Origin: Myxococcota bacterium
GTDB lineage: Bacteria > Myxococcota_A > UBA9160 > UBA4427
Direction of reading: 5' to 3'
DNA: 18,216 nucleotides
Assembly: GCA_036336835.1 (NCBI GenBank)
Contig: JAYZFK010000056.1
Coordinates: forward strand, 1 to 18,216
A program made the position numbers and the translations under genes. Below the pieces are notes generated by a model that had not been told where the DNA came from, did no database searches, and saw only the letters and a program-made list of their open reading frames with translations. Positions 8,230 to 17,048 of this stretch are shown here, in pieces (position 1 is the first letter of the stretch; each line of letters opens with the position of its first letter).

Positions 8230-9672
8230 ATGACCGAACGACTGCCGTACAAGGTCGCCGACCTGAACCTGGCCGAATGGGGACGCCGGGAGATTCGCCT
8301 CGCCGAGCACGAGATGCCGGGCTTGATGGAGATTCGCCGCCGCTATGCGAAGGAGCAGCCGCTGGCCGGCCTGAAGATCATGGGCAGCTTGCACATGACC
8401 ATCCAGACCGCAGTGCTGATCGAGACGCTGGTCGACCTCGGCGCCGACGTGCGCTGGGTCTCGTGCAACATCTTCTCGACCCAGGACCACGCGGCCGCGG
8501 CGGTGGCCGTCGGTACCAACGGCACACCCGAAGAGCCGCAGGGTATTCCGGTCTTCGCCTGGAAGGGCGAGACGCTCGAGGAATACTGGTGGTGCACCAA
8601 GGAGGCACTGGTCTGGCCCGACGGCACGGGGCCCCACCAGATCGTCGACGACGGCGGCGACGCAACGCTGTGGATCCACAAGGCGCGCGAGTTCGAGCAG
8701 GCCGAGAAGGTCCCGGACTTCAACCCGGACACCGACTCCGAGGAGTGGGGCGTCATCCTTGACCTGGCAAGGCAGGAGTTCGAGTCCGATCGTAACAAGT
8801 GGACGCCGATCTCGGAGAAGGTCCAGGGCGTCTCCGAGGAGACGACGACGGGCGTGCACCGCCTCTACCAGATGGCGAGCGCCGGAACGCTGCTCTTCCC
8901 CGCAATCAACGTCAACGACTCGGTCACCAAGTCGAAGTTCGACAACATCTACGGCTGCCGGCACTCGCTTCCCGACGGCCTGATGCGGGCCACCGACGTG
9001 ATGCTCGGCGGCAAGGTCGCACTCGTGTGTGGCTACGGCGAGGTCGGCAAGGGCTGCGCGCAAGCACTTCGCGGCCAGGGCTGCCGCGTCATCGTGACCG
9101 AGATCGACCCGATCTGCGCACTGCAGGCCGCAATGGAAGGCTACCAGGTGAACACGATCGAGGATGTCGTCGAGACGGCCGACATCTTCGTCACCACCAC
9201 GGGCAACTTCAACATCATCACGGCACAGCTGATGTCGCGCATGAAGGACAAGGCGATCGTCGGCAACATCGGCCACTTCGACAATGAGATCGACATGGCC
9301 GGTCTCAAGAAGATCGAGGGCATCCGCTGCGAGCACATCAAGGAGCAGTACGACGAGTGGATCTTCCCGGACGGTCACTCGATCTTGATCCTTGCAGAGG
9401 GTCGACTCCTGAACCTGGGCTGCGCAACGGGACATCCGAGCTTCGTGATGAGCGCCTCGTTCGCGAACCAGGTCCTGGCGCAGATCGATCTCGCGCAAAA
9501 CGACCAGTACGAGAATCAGGTCTACATGCTGCCGAAGCAGCTAGACGAAGAGGTCGCACGACTGCACCTCGACCACCTCGGCGTCAAGTTGACCCAGCTC
9601 ACGCCGCAGCAGGCCGACTACATCGGCGTCCCCGTCGGGGGCCCGTATAAGCCGGACCACTACCGCTACTGA
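8230..9672 (+). CDS. ahcY: Adenosylhomocysteinase (SAH hydrolase)
   Basis: [120 protein letters not shown] and [18 protein letters not shown] upstream. Confidence 0.99.
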   Translation: MTERLPYKVADLNLAEWGRREIRLAEHEMPGLMEIRRRYAKEQPLAGLKIMGSLHMTIQTAVLIETLVDLGADVRWVSCNIFSTQDHAAAAVAVGTNGTPEEPQGIPVFAWKGETLEEYWWCTKEALVWPDGTGPHQIVDDGGDATLWIHKAREFEQAEKVPDFNPDTDSEEWGVILDLARQEFESDRNKWTPISEKVQGVSEETTTGVHRLYQMASAGTLLFPAINVNDSVTKSKFDNIYGCRHSLPDGLMRATDVMLGGKVALVCGYGEVGKGCAQALRGQGCRVIVTEIDPICALQAAMEGYQVNTIEDVVETADIFVTTTGNFNIITAQLMSRMKDKAIVGNIGHFDNEIDMAGLKKIEGIRCEHIKEQYDEWIFPDGHSILILAEGRLLNLGCATGHPSFVMSASFANQVLAQIDLAQNDQYENQVYMLPKQLDEEVARLHLDHLGVKLTQLTPQQADYIGVPVGGPYKPDHYRY

Positions 9673-9716
9673 TCTGGTCTCGCTGGTCGGCGGCCCCACG
9701 AGCCGACGTGCAGCGC

Positions 9717-9722
9717 TAGGCT
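9717..9722 (+). promoter_or_regulatory. -10 element (TAGGCT) of a putative leaderless promoter
   Basis: TAGGCT, 7 nt, then GTG at 9730. Confidence 0.5.
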
Positions 9723-9729
9723 GCGGCGC

Positions 9730-11010
9730 GTGGAAGAGCTGCTGCGCGACGCATTCCCGTTCGTGGCCATCGCAACCTGGCTGATCGTTCCGCTCTACGC
9801 GGCCCATCAGCGCGGGCGCAGCTTCGCGATCTTCAGCACCGTGACCTTCGGCATATCGCTCGCCGGCTCGCTCAGCGTGCACGCGCGCCTGCCGGGCTGG
9901 CTGCCAGAGGGCGCACTGCCCGCGATCGATGCGCTTTTCCTGTACGGCATTTCTGCCGCGGCCCTCCACTACGCTCATCTTGTGCGCGCGCGCTTGCGCG
10001 GGCCGGTATTCCGCACGCTCGTCTCGGCACCGGGCCAGGCCTTCGTCGCCTCGAGCTTTCTCGCCGCGTTCTGGCTGCTCGGGCTGCTCGTCATCCGGCT
10101 GCCGCTCTGGCTGTTGGACGCCCACAGACTGCTCGGGCTGCTCGCTCCGCTCGACGCGCTGCCGTACGCGATCGGCGCGGTTGCTCTCGGGACCTCCGCG
10201 CGACCGATCTTCGAGATCGTTCGCGTGCACCTGAGCAACGAGGGGCCCGCGTCGTTCCAACGTCTTCCGGTCGAGCGCCATCGTCGCAGCGAGCCAGCGC
10301 CGCTGCTCGAGCGCCCACTGCGCATCGTGCAGATCGCCGACCCCCACCTCGGCCCGTGGCAGCCGGTGACACGCCTGCGCCGCCTGATCGGCGAGCTGGT
10401 CGAGCGCGATCCCGATCTCGTGCTTCTGACCGGCGACTTCCTGACCATGGAGAGCAACGCCACGCCCGCCGCGCTGGCCGAAGCGCTGATCCCGCTACGA
10501 CGCCTGCCGGGCCGCTGCTTCGCCATCTTCGGCAACCACGACCACGAGGCGCACGATGTCGTGCGCCAAGGCCTCGCCGCCAATGGCGTGACGCTGTTGG
10601 TGGACGACTCGGCCTCGGTCGACACTCCCGCGGGCCCGGTACAGATCGTCGGCGCCGACTTCGTGCGGCGCGAGCGCAAGGCCCACCTGCGCGAGCTGCT
10701 CGCGCGGCACCCGCGCCGCGAGCAACACCTGCGACTGCTGCTGCTGCACGACCCGAGTGCCTTCCACGATCTGCCCGACGACGAGATCGACCTCGTGCTG
10801 TCGGGACACACGCACGGCGGACAGATCGGGCTCGTGAGCTTCGGACTCGACTGGACCGTGCTCAAGGGCTCGCGCTGGCCCGACCACGGCCTGTTCGCAC
10901 GCGGCCGCAGCCGACTCTATGTGCATCGCGGCACCGGGTTCTACGGCTTCCCGCTGCGGGTGGGTGTTCCTGGCGAAGCCTCGGTGCTCGAGCTCGTCAA
11001 GGCCGGCTAG
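9730..11010 (+). CDS. Membrane-anchored calcineurin-like metallophosphoesterase (YkuE/YaeI-like)
   Basis: Hydrophobic N-terminal ~150 aa, then [30 protein letters not shown] and YV.RGTG...P.R. Confidence 0.9.
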   Translation: MEELLRDAFPFVAIATWLIVPLYAAHQRGRSFAIFSTVTFGISLAGSLSVHARLPGWLPEGALPAIDALFLYGISAAALHYAHLVRARLRGPVFRTLVSAPGQAFVASSFLAAFWLLGLLVIRLPLWLLDAHRLLGLLAPLDALPYAIGAVALGTSARPIFEIVRVHLSNEGPASFQRLPVERHRRSEPAPLLERPLRIVQIADPHLGPWQPVTRLRRLIGELVERDPDLVLLTGDFLTMESNATPAALAEALIPLRRLPGRCFAIFGNHDHEAHDVVRQGLAANGVTLLVDDSASVDTPAGPVQIVGADFVRRERKAHLRELLARHPRREQHLRLLLLHDPSAFHDLPDDEIDLVLSGHTHGGQIGLVSFGLDWTVLKGSRWPDHGLFARGRSRLYVHRGTGFYGFPLRVGVPGEASVLELVKAG

Positions 11011-11972
11011 CGACGATCGACGGCAGCCGCCCACAACGCGGGCAGGCACTCGAGACGCTCGTCCGTCCAGCGCATCACGCGGTCGTGCTGCGTGACGCAT
11101 TCCCAGTCGAAGCCGTCGAGCAGCTCGACCGGTGTCGTCTCTGCTGGGCTCTCCCGCAGGCCGCAGGCGTGAGCCAGCAACCCGCACAGGCCAGACGCGC
11201 GGTAGCAGCGCCGGAGCTCGGGCATCCCGACCGAGCCGTGTAGCTTGGCCAGCTTCGCGCCCTCGCGCGGCTCGAGCAGCAGCAGGTGGTGACGGTAGAC
11301 CGGCTCGGACAGGCCGAGCAGGCGCTGCAATGCCACCTGGGTTGCGGTGCTCGCCGCCAGGTCGCGGCCGCGCACGACGCGCGTCACTCCGACGCGCGCG
11401 TCGTCGACCACACTCGCCAGCTGATAGGCGATGCCGCCCTCGCGCCGGCGCACCACAGGATCGCCCAGGGCCAGAGACGGATGCTGCGCCAGCCGCTCGC
11501 CGGCCTCGTCCACCGGCTCGACGAGCTCGTCGGGCAGCCGGGCGCGCAGCGGCTCGTCGCTCGCTCGCCAGCCTCCCTCCCGCACGCCGGGCAGCGCGCG
11601 ACCACGGCACGCATTCGAGTAGGCAAAGCCACCATCCGCGGCACGGAGCCCGCGCTCGCGGATCTGGCTGCGCGAGCACGAGCACGGATACAGCGCACCC
11701 GCAGCCTCGAGCCGATCGAGCGCCCGCTCGTGGTGGGCGCGGGCCTCGCTCTGACGCTCGACGCGATCGAACTCGAGGCCCAGCCACGCGAGATCGTCCC
11801 GCATGGCCGAGATCCACGCGTCCGAGCTGCGCTCGAAATCGAGATCTTCGAGCCGCAGCACGATCTGCGCACCGCGCGAGCGCGCATCGAGCCAGCACAG
11901 CAGAGCCGCGAGCAGGGTGCCCGGATGGGCAGGGCCGGTCGTCGAGGGAGCAAAACGGCCGGTCTCGATCAC
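11007..11972 (-). CDS. gluQ: tRNA glutamyl-Q(34) synthetase GluQ-RS (catalytic-domain-only GluRS paralog)
   Basis: [15 protein letters not shown] (HIGH variant), LRLEDLD, zinc motif YPCSCSR...[21 protein letters not shown] and KLAK (KMSKS variant). About 320 aa with no anticodon-binding domain. Start moved to the in-frame GTG at 11972. Confidence 0.85.
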   Translation of the reverse strand: MIETGRFAPSTTGPAHPGTLLAALLCWLDARSRGAQIVLRLEDLDFERSSDAWISAMRDDLAWLGLEFDRVERQSEARAHHERALDRLEAAGALYPCSCSRSQIRERGLRAADGGFAYSNACRGRALPGVREGGWRASDEPLRARLPDELVEPVDEAGERLAQHPSLALGDPVVRRREGGIAYQLASVVDDARVGVTRVVRGRDLAASTATQVALQRLLGLSEPVYRHHLLLLEPREGAKLAKLHGSVGMPELRRCYRASGLCGLLAHACGLRESPAETTPVELLDGFDWECVTQHDRVMRWTDERLECLPALWAAAVDRR

Positions 11973-11977
11973 TCGAG

Positions 11978-11984
11978 TAGGGTA
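11978..11984. promoter_or_regulatory. Overlapping divergent -10 elements (candidate bidirectional promoter) between gluQ and the Nudix gene
   Basis: TAGGGTA reads TAGGGT on + (11978-11983) and TACCCT on - (11984-11979), inside a 23-bp gap between divergent start codons. Confidence 0.5.
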
Positions 11985-11995
11985 CACCTGCCTGC

Positions 11996-12463
11996 GTGCT
12001 GAACGCTCTCGTCCGGGCGCTGTACATCGCGGGGTATCGCGTCCTGCGTGTGTGGTGGTTCTTCCGCCGGCCCAGCGTGCGCGGCGCCTTCGTAGCGGTC
12101 TGGCACGATGACCAGCTGTTGTTGATCCGCAATTCCTATCGTCGCGGCGAGACGCTGCCCTGCGGCGCAATCGGACGCCACGAGACCCCGCGCGCAGCGG
12201 CGCGCCGCGAGCTGCATGAAGAGGTCGGAATCGACGTGCCGGAGGAATCGCTGGTCTTCGCGACGGACTTCGAGCTCGAGTGGGACTTCAAGCACGACCG
12301 CGCGACGATCTTCGAGCTCTGCCCGAGCGAGCAACCCGTGGTCCGCGTCGACGAGCGCGAGGTCGTCTGGGGCGAGTTCGTTCCCGAGAACGAGCTCGCG
12401 TCGCGACCGCTCGTACCACACATCGTCCGCTACCTGGCGTGGCGCCGCGATCGTTCGGACTAG
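11996..12463 (+). CDS. Nudix hydrolase
   Basis: Nudix box G-x5-E-x7-RE-xx-EE-x-G seen as [23 protein letters not shown], with upstream LLLIRNSY. Substrate cannot be assigned. Confidence 0.88.
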   Translation: MLNALVRALYIAGYRVLRVWWFFRRPSVRGAFVAVWHDDQLLLIRNSYRRGETLPCGAIGRHETPRAAARRELHEEVGIDVPEESLVFATDFELEWDFKHDRATIFELCPSEQPVVRVDEREVVWGEFVPENELASRPLVPHIVRYLAWRRDRSD

Positions 12464-13677
12464 CGCTCGTCGAAGGGCAGCGGATCGATCTGGCGGCCGC
12501 GGGCAAATACGGCGAGCGGCCGGAGCAGCGTCGAGGGGTCGCGGCACGGGTCGTCCTCGACGACCAGGAGATCGGCCGCCAGCCCCGGCTCGAGCCGACC
12601 CGTCTCGTGCTCGAGACCAAGCGCCCTGGCTGCCTCGACCGTGGCTGTGCGAAGCAGCGCCTCGCCTGCCAGGCCGCTGTAGCGCGCAAGCGCGAGCAGT
12701 CCTTCGACCAGCCGATGGTGGTGCACACCGGGGATGCCGGCATCGGTCGACGCGCAGAGCGGCACACCGGCGGCGACGAGCTCGCGCAGCACCTTCGACA
12801 TTCGCTCGAAGAACTCGCTGGGCCGGCCCTCGTGATCGGCGCGGCGTGCCCAGCCGCCGTTCACGGTGGGCGACACCCAGGCGCCCGCGGCGCGAACCGC
12901 CTGCACCACCGCCGCGTCGAAATCACTGCCGAAGCCCTCGGCACCGGCGAACGAGCAGTGCTCGATCGTCCGCACGCCGGCTCGCGCCGAGTGCGCAATG
13001 CCGCGGGTTCCGTGACAGTGAGCGGCCACCTCTCGGCCGCCACCACGGGCCTGGTCGACGATCGCCGAGAGGGTCGCGGCGTCGAACTGGGGCTCGCTCG
13101 GTGAGGTGCCCCGCGTCGCGACGCCTCCGGTGGCCATCACCTTGATCCAGTCGACACCGTGCTCGAGCTGGCGCGTGAGCACACAGCGGAGCTCAGCGGG
13201 CGTGCTCGCCTCGCCGCCCCAGAAGTGACAGTGCCCACCCGGCGTCGTCAACGGCTGGCCCGCGCACAGCAGCCGCGGCCCGGGCAGCTCGCCGCGCGCG
13301 ATCCGATCGCGCAGCTCGAGCGCCGCCCAGTCCCCCGCTCCGAGATCGCGAGCCGTAGTGATTCCGCATCGCACCATCTCCAGCGCGCGTCGATTCATTG
13401 CGCGTTGGCGTTCGGCCAGCGAGATGGCAGCCTGGGCTACGACCCCCTTGGTGGGATCGAGCCCCAAATGAACGTGGCCATCGATCAATCCGGGCAGTGC
13501 GAACGCGCCTGTGAAATCGATCCGTCGCGCATCGCGCATCAGCTCGGTCGCCGCTCCGATCGCTTCGATGCGACCTTGGGTGATCCGGATCACCGACGCC
13601 GAGCGCGCGCTGTGCCTCGCCCCGGTCCAGGTCCGGACACCCGTGATCGCAATCGTCCGGTCCGCCGGAGCCGCCAT
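12460..13677 (-). CDS. Metal-dependent amidohydrolase superfamily protein (prolidase-like subgroup)
   Basis: LPGLIDGHVH, G.TTARDLG, GPRL, GVDWIKVMATGG, VAAHCHG, TIEH, STDAG and GRLEPGLAADLLVV..DP. Confidence 0.9.
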   Translation of the reverse strand: MAAPADRTIAITGVRTWTGARHSARSASVIRITQGRIEAIGAATELMRDARRIDFTGAFALPGLIDGHVHLGLDPTKGVVAQAAISLAERQRAMNRRALEMVRCGITTARDLGAGDWAALELRDRIARGELPGPRLLCAGQPLTTPGGHCHFWGGEASTPAELRCVLTRQLEHGVDWIKVMATGGVATRGTSPSEPQFDAATLSAIVDQARGGGREVAAHCHGTRGIAHSARAGVRTIEHCSFAGAEGFGSDFDAAVVQAVRAAGAWVSPTVNGGWARRADHEGRPSEFFERMSKVLRELVAAGVPLCASTDAGIPGVHHHRLVEGLLALARYSGLAGEALLRTATVEAARALGLEHETGRLEPGLAADLLVVEDDPCRDPSTLLRPLAVFARGRQIDPLPFDER

Positions 13678-13683
13678 CCGCGC

Positions 13684-13689
13684 AGCCTA
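13684..13689 (-). promoter_or_regulatory. -10 element (TAGGCT) of a putative leaderless promoter for the amidohydrolase
   Basis: On the - strand: TAGGCT, 6 nt, then ATG at 13677. Confidence 0.5.
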
Positions 13690-13860
13690 GCCCGGTTTGC
13701 GCTCGCCTCAGGGGCGATGCATGCTCCATAGCTGCAACAGCGCACCTAGCGGGGGGGCGGGCAGCGCCATCGTCACAAAGGCTTCGAGACCGCCGGCGTC
13801 GTGATGTCGCAGCCGAGTGCTCCTGCTTGGAGCCCAGCAAGATGGGGGAACGGACCACTC

Positions 13861-14049
13861 ATGGCCGACAACGAAGTTCTGGTCGTCGCCTCGAAGGTGA
13901 AGACCTACATCAAGGAGCAGGGGGATATGAAGACCTCTGCGTCGGTGCTGTCAGCGCTCTCTGACAAGATCCGGTCGATGTGCGATGGCGCGATCGCAAG
14001 TGCGCGCAGCGACGGACGCAAGACGGTTCTCGACCGCGATTTCTCCTGA
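13861..14049 (+). CDS. Bacterial histone (single histone fold, Bd0055/HBb-like), 62 aa
   Basis: MADNEVLVVASKVKTYIKEQGDMKTSASVLSALSDKIRSMCDGAIASARSDGRKTVLDRDFS: LVVxSKVK helix 1, M.TS loop 1, long helix 2, and the histone L2 signature GRKTVxxxD. Purine-rich GGGGGAACGGA upstream. Start moved from 13801 to the ATG at 13861. Confidence 0.9.
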   Translation: MADNEVLVVASKVKTYIKEQGDMKTSASVLSALSDKIRSMCDGAIASARSDGRKTVLDRDFS

Positions 14050-14165
14050 GTCGCTCTCGCGTCGAACGACGCGGGACGACACCCGTGGCCGCGCTCCGCG
14101 CGAGCGCGGCTGCGTGTGCACGACACGCCGGGCACACGCTGTGTCCGGCGTGTCGCCGCACCCGC
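14050..14165 (+). other. Three consecutive GC-rich stem-loops between the histone and PP2C genes
   Basis: Stems: 14055-14063/14068-14076 (9 bp, one G-U), 14088-14096/14102-14110 (9 bp, perfect), 14121-14136/14140-14155 (16 bp, one G-U). Confidence 0.7.
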
Positions 14166-14192
14166 GAGCAGCTGTAGGGCGGTGAGACCGAG

Positions 14193-15041
14193 ATGGCGTC
14201 CCCCGACCCCACCGTGTGGAGCGTGGCCTCACTGAGCGACACGGGCCGCGTTCGCTCCGACAACGAGGACCGCTGCGGGACGTTCGAGAACGCCGCGGGA
14301 GCGCGTCTGCTCGTCGTCGCCGACGGAATGGGCGGCCACCGAGGCGGCGCGACCGCAAGTCGGCTCGCCGTCGAGGCGCTCGAGGCGGCGCTGGTTGGCG
14401 CTGAGGACGTCTCGGGCGACTGGCTCGCCGAGACGATCGGCGCCGCCAACCTCGAGGTGTACGCTCGGGCGGAGCGCGACGCTGAGCTGCTCGGCATGGG
14501 CACGACGCTGGTCGCGATCCTGGTCGCCGCCAGTGGCCAGTCCTGGGTCGCCAACGTGGGCGACAGCCGTGCCTACCGCCTGCGCGGCGGCACGCTCGAG
14601 CAGCTGACCGAGGATCACTCCGTGGTCGCCGAGATGATCCGCCGCGGCGTGATCACGCCCGAGGAGGCGGAGACCCACCCCCGGCGCAACGAGATCCTGC
14701 GCTCGATCGGCGTCGAGGTCGAGGTGGAGCCCGATGTCGGCGAGCTCGACCTCCGGGCGGGCGACCGCCTGCTGCTCTGCTCGGACGGCCTGTGCGGGGT
14801 CGTGCCGCACGACGAGATCGCGCAGCAGCTGACCGCGCACACCGTGATCGCCAGTGTCGAGCACCTCGTCGAGACCGCGAACCAGCTCGGTGGTCCCGAC
14901 AACATCACAGCGGTCATCGCCGAGGTGCCCGCTGGCTTCTCCACTGCGAAGCGTCGCGCCCAGGGCAGCGCTCTCGCCCTGGCGCTCCTGGTCGTGCTGG
15001 TCGCCGGGCTGGGCGTCTTCGCCTTCCAGCTCTGGCGCTGA
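14193..15041 (+). CDS. PP2C-family (Stp1/PrpC-like) Ser/Thr protein phosphatase with C-terminal TM helix
   Basis: SDTGRVRSDNED, VADGMGGH.GG..AS, GMGTT, NVGDSRAY, QLTEDHS, HPRRN.I.RSIG, LLLCSDGL and GGPDNIT; ends in LALALLVVLVAGLGVFAFQLWR. Confidence 0.95.
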   Translation: MASPDPTVWSVASLSDTGRVRSDNEDRCGTFENAAGARLLVVADGMGGHRGGATASRLAVEALEAALVGAEDVSGDWLAETIGAANLEVYARAERDAELLGMGTTLVAILVAASGQSWVANVGDSRAYRLRGGTLEQLTEDHSVVAEMIRRGVITPEEAETHPRRNEILRSIGVEVEVEPDVGELDLRAGDRLLLCSDGLCGVVPHDEIAQQLTAHTVIASVEHLVETANQLGGPDNITAVIAEVPAGFSTAKRRAQGSALALALLVVLVAGLGVFAFQLWR

Positions 15042-15072
15042 GCGCGCAGGGAGCGCGAACCCCGGACGGGCC

Positions 15073-15819
15073 TCAGTTCTTCTCGTCGGGCAGCGCGACC
15101 GCGACCGCGTCCGGCCGCGCCTGCGGGTCGAAGGCAATCGCCAGGAAGTGGTGTGCCACGAACTCGCCCGTGTTGAAGCTCTGGTTCGCGCTCATCTCCC
15201 GGAAGCGATCGGCCTCCGGAAAACGGTCGGGGCCGCAGCCCCGAATCAGCTCTTGCATCGCCGTGTCGACGACACCGGGCGCAATCGAGTAGGCGCGCAG
15301 GCCGCTCGCCTCCTCCTCTGCGGCGACGACCTCGGTGAAGCGCTCGACTCCCGCCTTGCCGGCACAGTACGCCGCCCAGCCCTCGTAGGGCTTCCAGGCC
15401 GCTCCCGAAGAGACGTTGATCAGCACGCCCTGGCCGCCCCGCGCGCGAAGGTGGCGAACGAAGGTGCGCGTACCCAGGAAGAGCCCGGTCAGGTTGATGT
15501 CGATGTGCTCGCGGAAGTCGGCAGCCGAGACGTCGCGCACCGGCGCGATCGGCTCGAGCACGCCCGCATTGTTGATCCACAGGTCGATCGCGCCGAAGCG
15601 CGCGACGACGCTGTCGGCGAAGGCCTCGAAGGCCCTCTCGTCCGTGACGTCGAGCCTCGCCGAGACCACGCGCTGGCTCGCAGCGAGCGCCGGTGCGCCG
15701 CGCGAGCAGAGACCGAGCGACAGGCCGCGGGCCGCAAAGTGCTCGGCGAGGGAGGCGCCAATGCCGCGGCTTGCGCCGGTGATCACGGCGCAGCGACCCT
15801 CGAGGTCGGGGAGGCTCAT
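15073..15819 (-). CDS. Short-chain dehydrogenase/reductase (SDR)
   Basis: AVITGASRGIG, INNAG, NVSSGAA, YCAGK (YxxxK) and PGVVDTAMQ. The ATG at 15819 overlaps the upstream stop (ATGA). Confidence 0.92.
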   Translation of the reverse strand: MSLPDLEGRCAVITGASRGIGASLAEHFAARGLSLGLCSRGAPALAASQRVVSARLDVTDERAFEAFADSVVARFGAIDLWINNAGVLEPIAPVRDVSAADFREHIDINLTGLFLGTRTFVRHLRARGGQGVLINVSSGAAWKPYEGWAAYCAGKAGVERFTEVVAAEEEASGLRAYSIAPGVVDTAMQELIRGCGPDRFPEADRFREMSANQSFNTGEFVAHHFLAIAFDPQARPDAVAVALPDEKN

Positions 15820-17048
15820 CCGTTCCGGGTCTGGAGCCCCGCGAGGTCGGCACCCGCCGGACTCTGGAACGCGCGCAGCCCGAACTCCGGAACGAGCGCG
15901 AAGATGTGATCGAACAGATCGGACTGGATGGCCTCGTAGGCGTTCCATTCGGTGGTGCTCGTGAAGCAGTAGATCTCGATCGGCAGGCCGAACTCGGTTG
16001 GCTGCAGCTGGCGGACGAGCAGCGTCATCCCCTTGTGGATCCTCGGACTCGCCTGCAGGTAGGCCTCGATGTAAGCGCGCAGCGTGCCCACGTTCGTCAG
16101 CCGGCGAATGTCGGCATTCAGCGATCGATCGCGCCCGTCGGCTGCGTTGTAGCTCTCGATCTCCGATTTCTTGTTCGCGACGTGGTCGCGCAGCAACGTC
16201 CAGCGGCCGAGCCGCTCGACCTCGTCGTCCGAGAGGAAGCGAATCGTCGAGAGGTCCACGAATAGCGAGCGCTTGATCCGCCGCCCACCCGACTTCGACA
16301 TGCCGCGCCAGTTCTTGAAGGCTTCCGAGATCAGCGCGTGGGTCGGAATCGTGGTGATCGTCTTGTCCCAGTTCTGGACCTTGACCGTGTGCAGCGCGAC
16401 ATCGATCACGTCGCCGTCTGCTCCGTAGGCCGGCATCTCGATCCAGTCGCCCACGTGGATCATGTCGTTTCCAGTGAGCTGGACCGAGGCCACCAGCGAC
16501 AGGATCGTGTCGCGAAAGATCAGCAGCAGGACCGCCGTCATCGCGCCGATGCCCGACAGGAACAGCAGCGGAGAGCGATCCATCAACGTCGCGATGACAA
16601 GCAAGCCGGCAAACAAGTAGAGCGCGATCTTGACGACCTGCAGATAGCCCTTGATCGGCTTGCTGAGATTGCTCGGGGTCGACTCGTAGATCGCGTTCGC
16701 CGCCGACAGGAAGGCCGCGATGGCGCGAGCTGCGACCGCGATCAGAGCCGAGAACGCAACACGCTGGATCAGCAGTGCGAGCGTGTCGTCCAGCTGCTCC
16801 AGGAAGTCGACACCGTAGTAGACGAGCAGCGCGGGTGGAATGTGGGCGAGCCGGCCGAACACGCCGTGGTCGACCAGCGCGTTGTCCCAGTCCGTACGAC
16901 TGCGCGCGGCGAAGCGCCGGATCGACGCCACGAGAAGACGCCGCACCATGAAGTAGAGCAGCGTCGCCGCGGCGAACAGTGCGCTCACATCGATGAATTC
17001 TGCGAGCAGCGGATGCTCGCCGAGCCATGTCGTGATCGTCTCGAGCAT
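15816..17048 (-). CDS. Mechanosensitive ion channel, MscS family (YbdG-like)
   Basis: G.GAMTAVLLLIFRDTILSLVASVQ, GDWIEMP.YGADGDV.D..LHTVKVQNWDKTITTIPT, FKNWRGM..SGGRRIKRS, TNVG..RAY and VRQLQPTE.GLPIEIYCF. GGAGAGGGAG RBS upstream. Confidence 0.93.
   Translation of the reverse strand: MLETITTWLGEHPLLAEFIDVSALFAAATLLYFMVRRLLVASIRRFAARSRTDWDNALVDHGVFGRLAHIPPALLVYYGVDFLEQLDDTLALLIQRVAFSALIAVAARAIAAFLSAANAIYESTPSNLSKPIKGYLQVVKIALYLFAGLLVIATLMDRSPLLFLSGIGAMTAVLLLIFRDTILSLVASVQLTGNDMIHVGDWIEMPAYGADGDVIDVALHTVKVQNWDKTITTIPTHALISEAFKNWRGMSKSGGRRIKRSLFVDLSTIRFLSDDEVERLGRWTLLRDHVANKKSEIESYNAADGRDRSLNADIRRLTNVGTLRAYIEAYLQASPRIHKGMTLLVRQLQPTEFGLPIEIYCFTSTTEWNAYEAIQSDLFDHIFALVPEFGLRAFQSPAGADLAGLQTRNG

Noticed and set aside
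8086..9498. 470-aa antisense ORF opposite ahcY, and similar ones such as 314..1333, 1405..2445, 2470..3705 and 14229..15137
   Set aside because: Shadow ORFs expected from high GC3 codon bias opposite well-conserved genes; no recognisable motifs.
461..9672. msrPQ, hslO, thyA-folA and ahcY as one oxidative-stress/one-carbon operon
   Set aside because: The theme is tempting, but several genes have their own candidate promoters and unrelated genes are interspersed; there is no evidence of co-regulation.
13801..13860. 20-aa N-terminal 'tail' on the histone as given in the ORF track
   Set aside because: The RBS-like purine run lies just before the ATG at 13861, where histone similarity begins. 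The extension is not basic and is probably untranslated.
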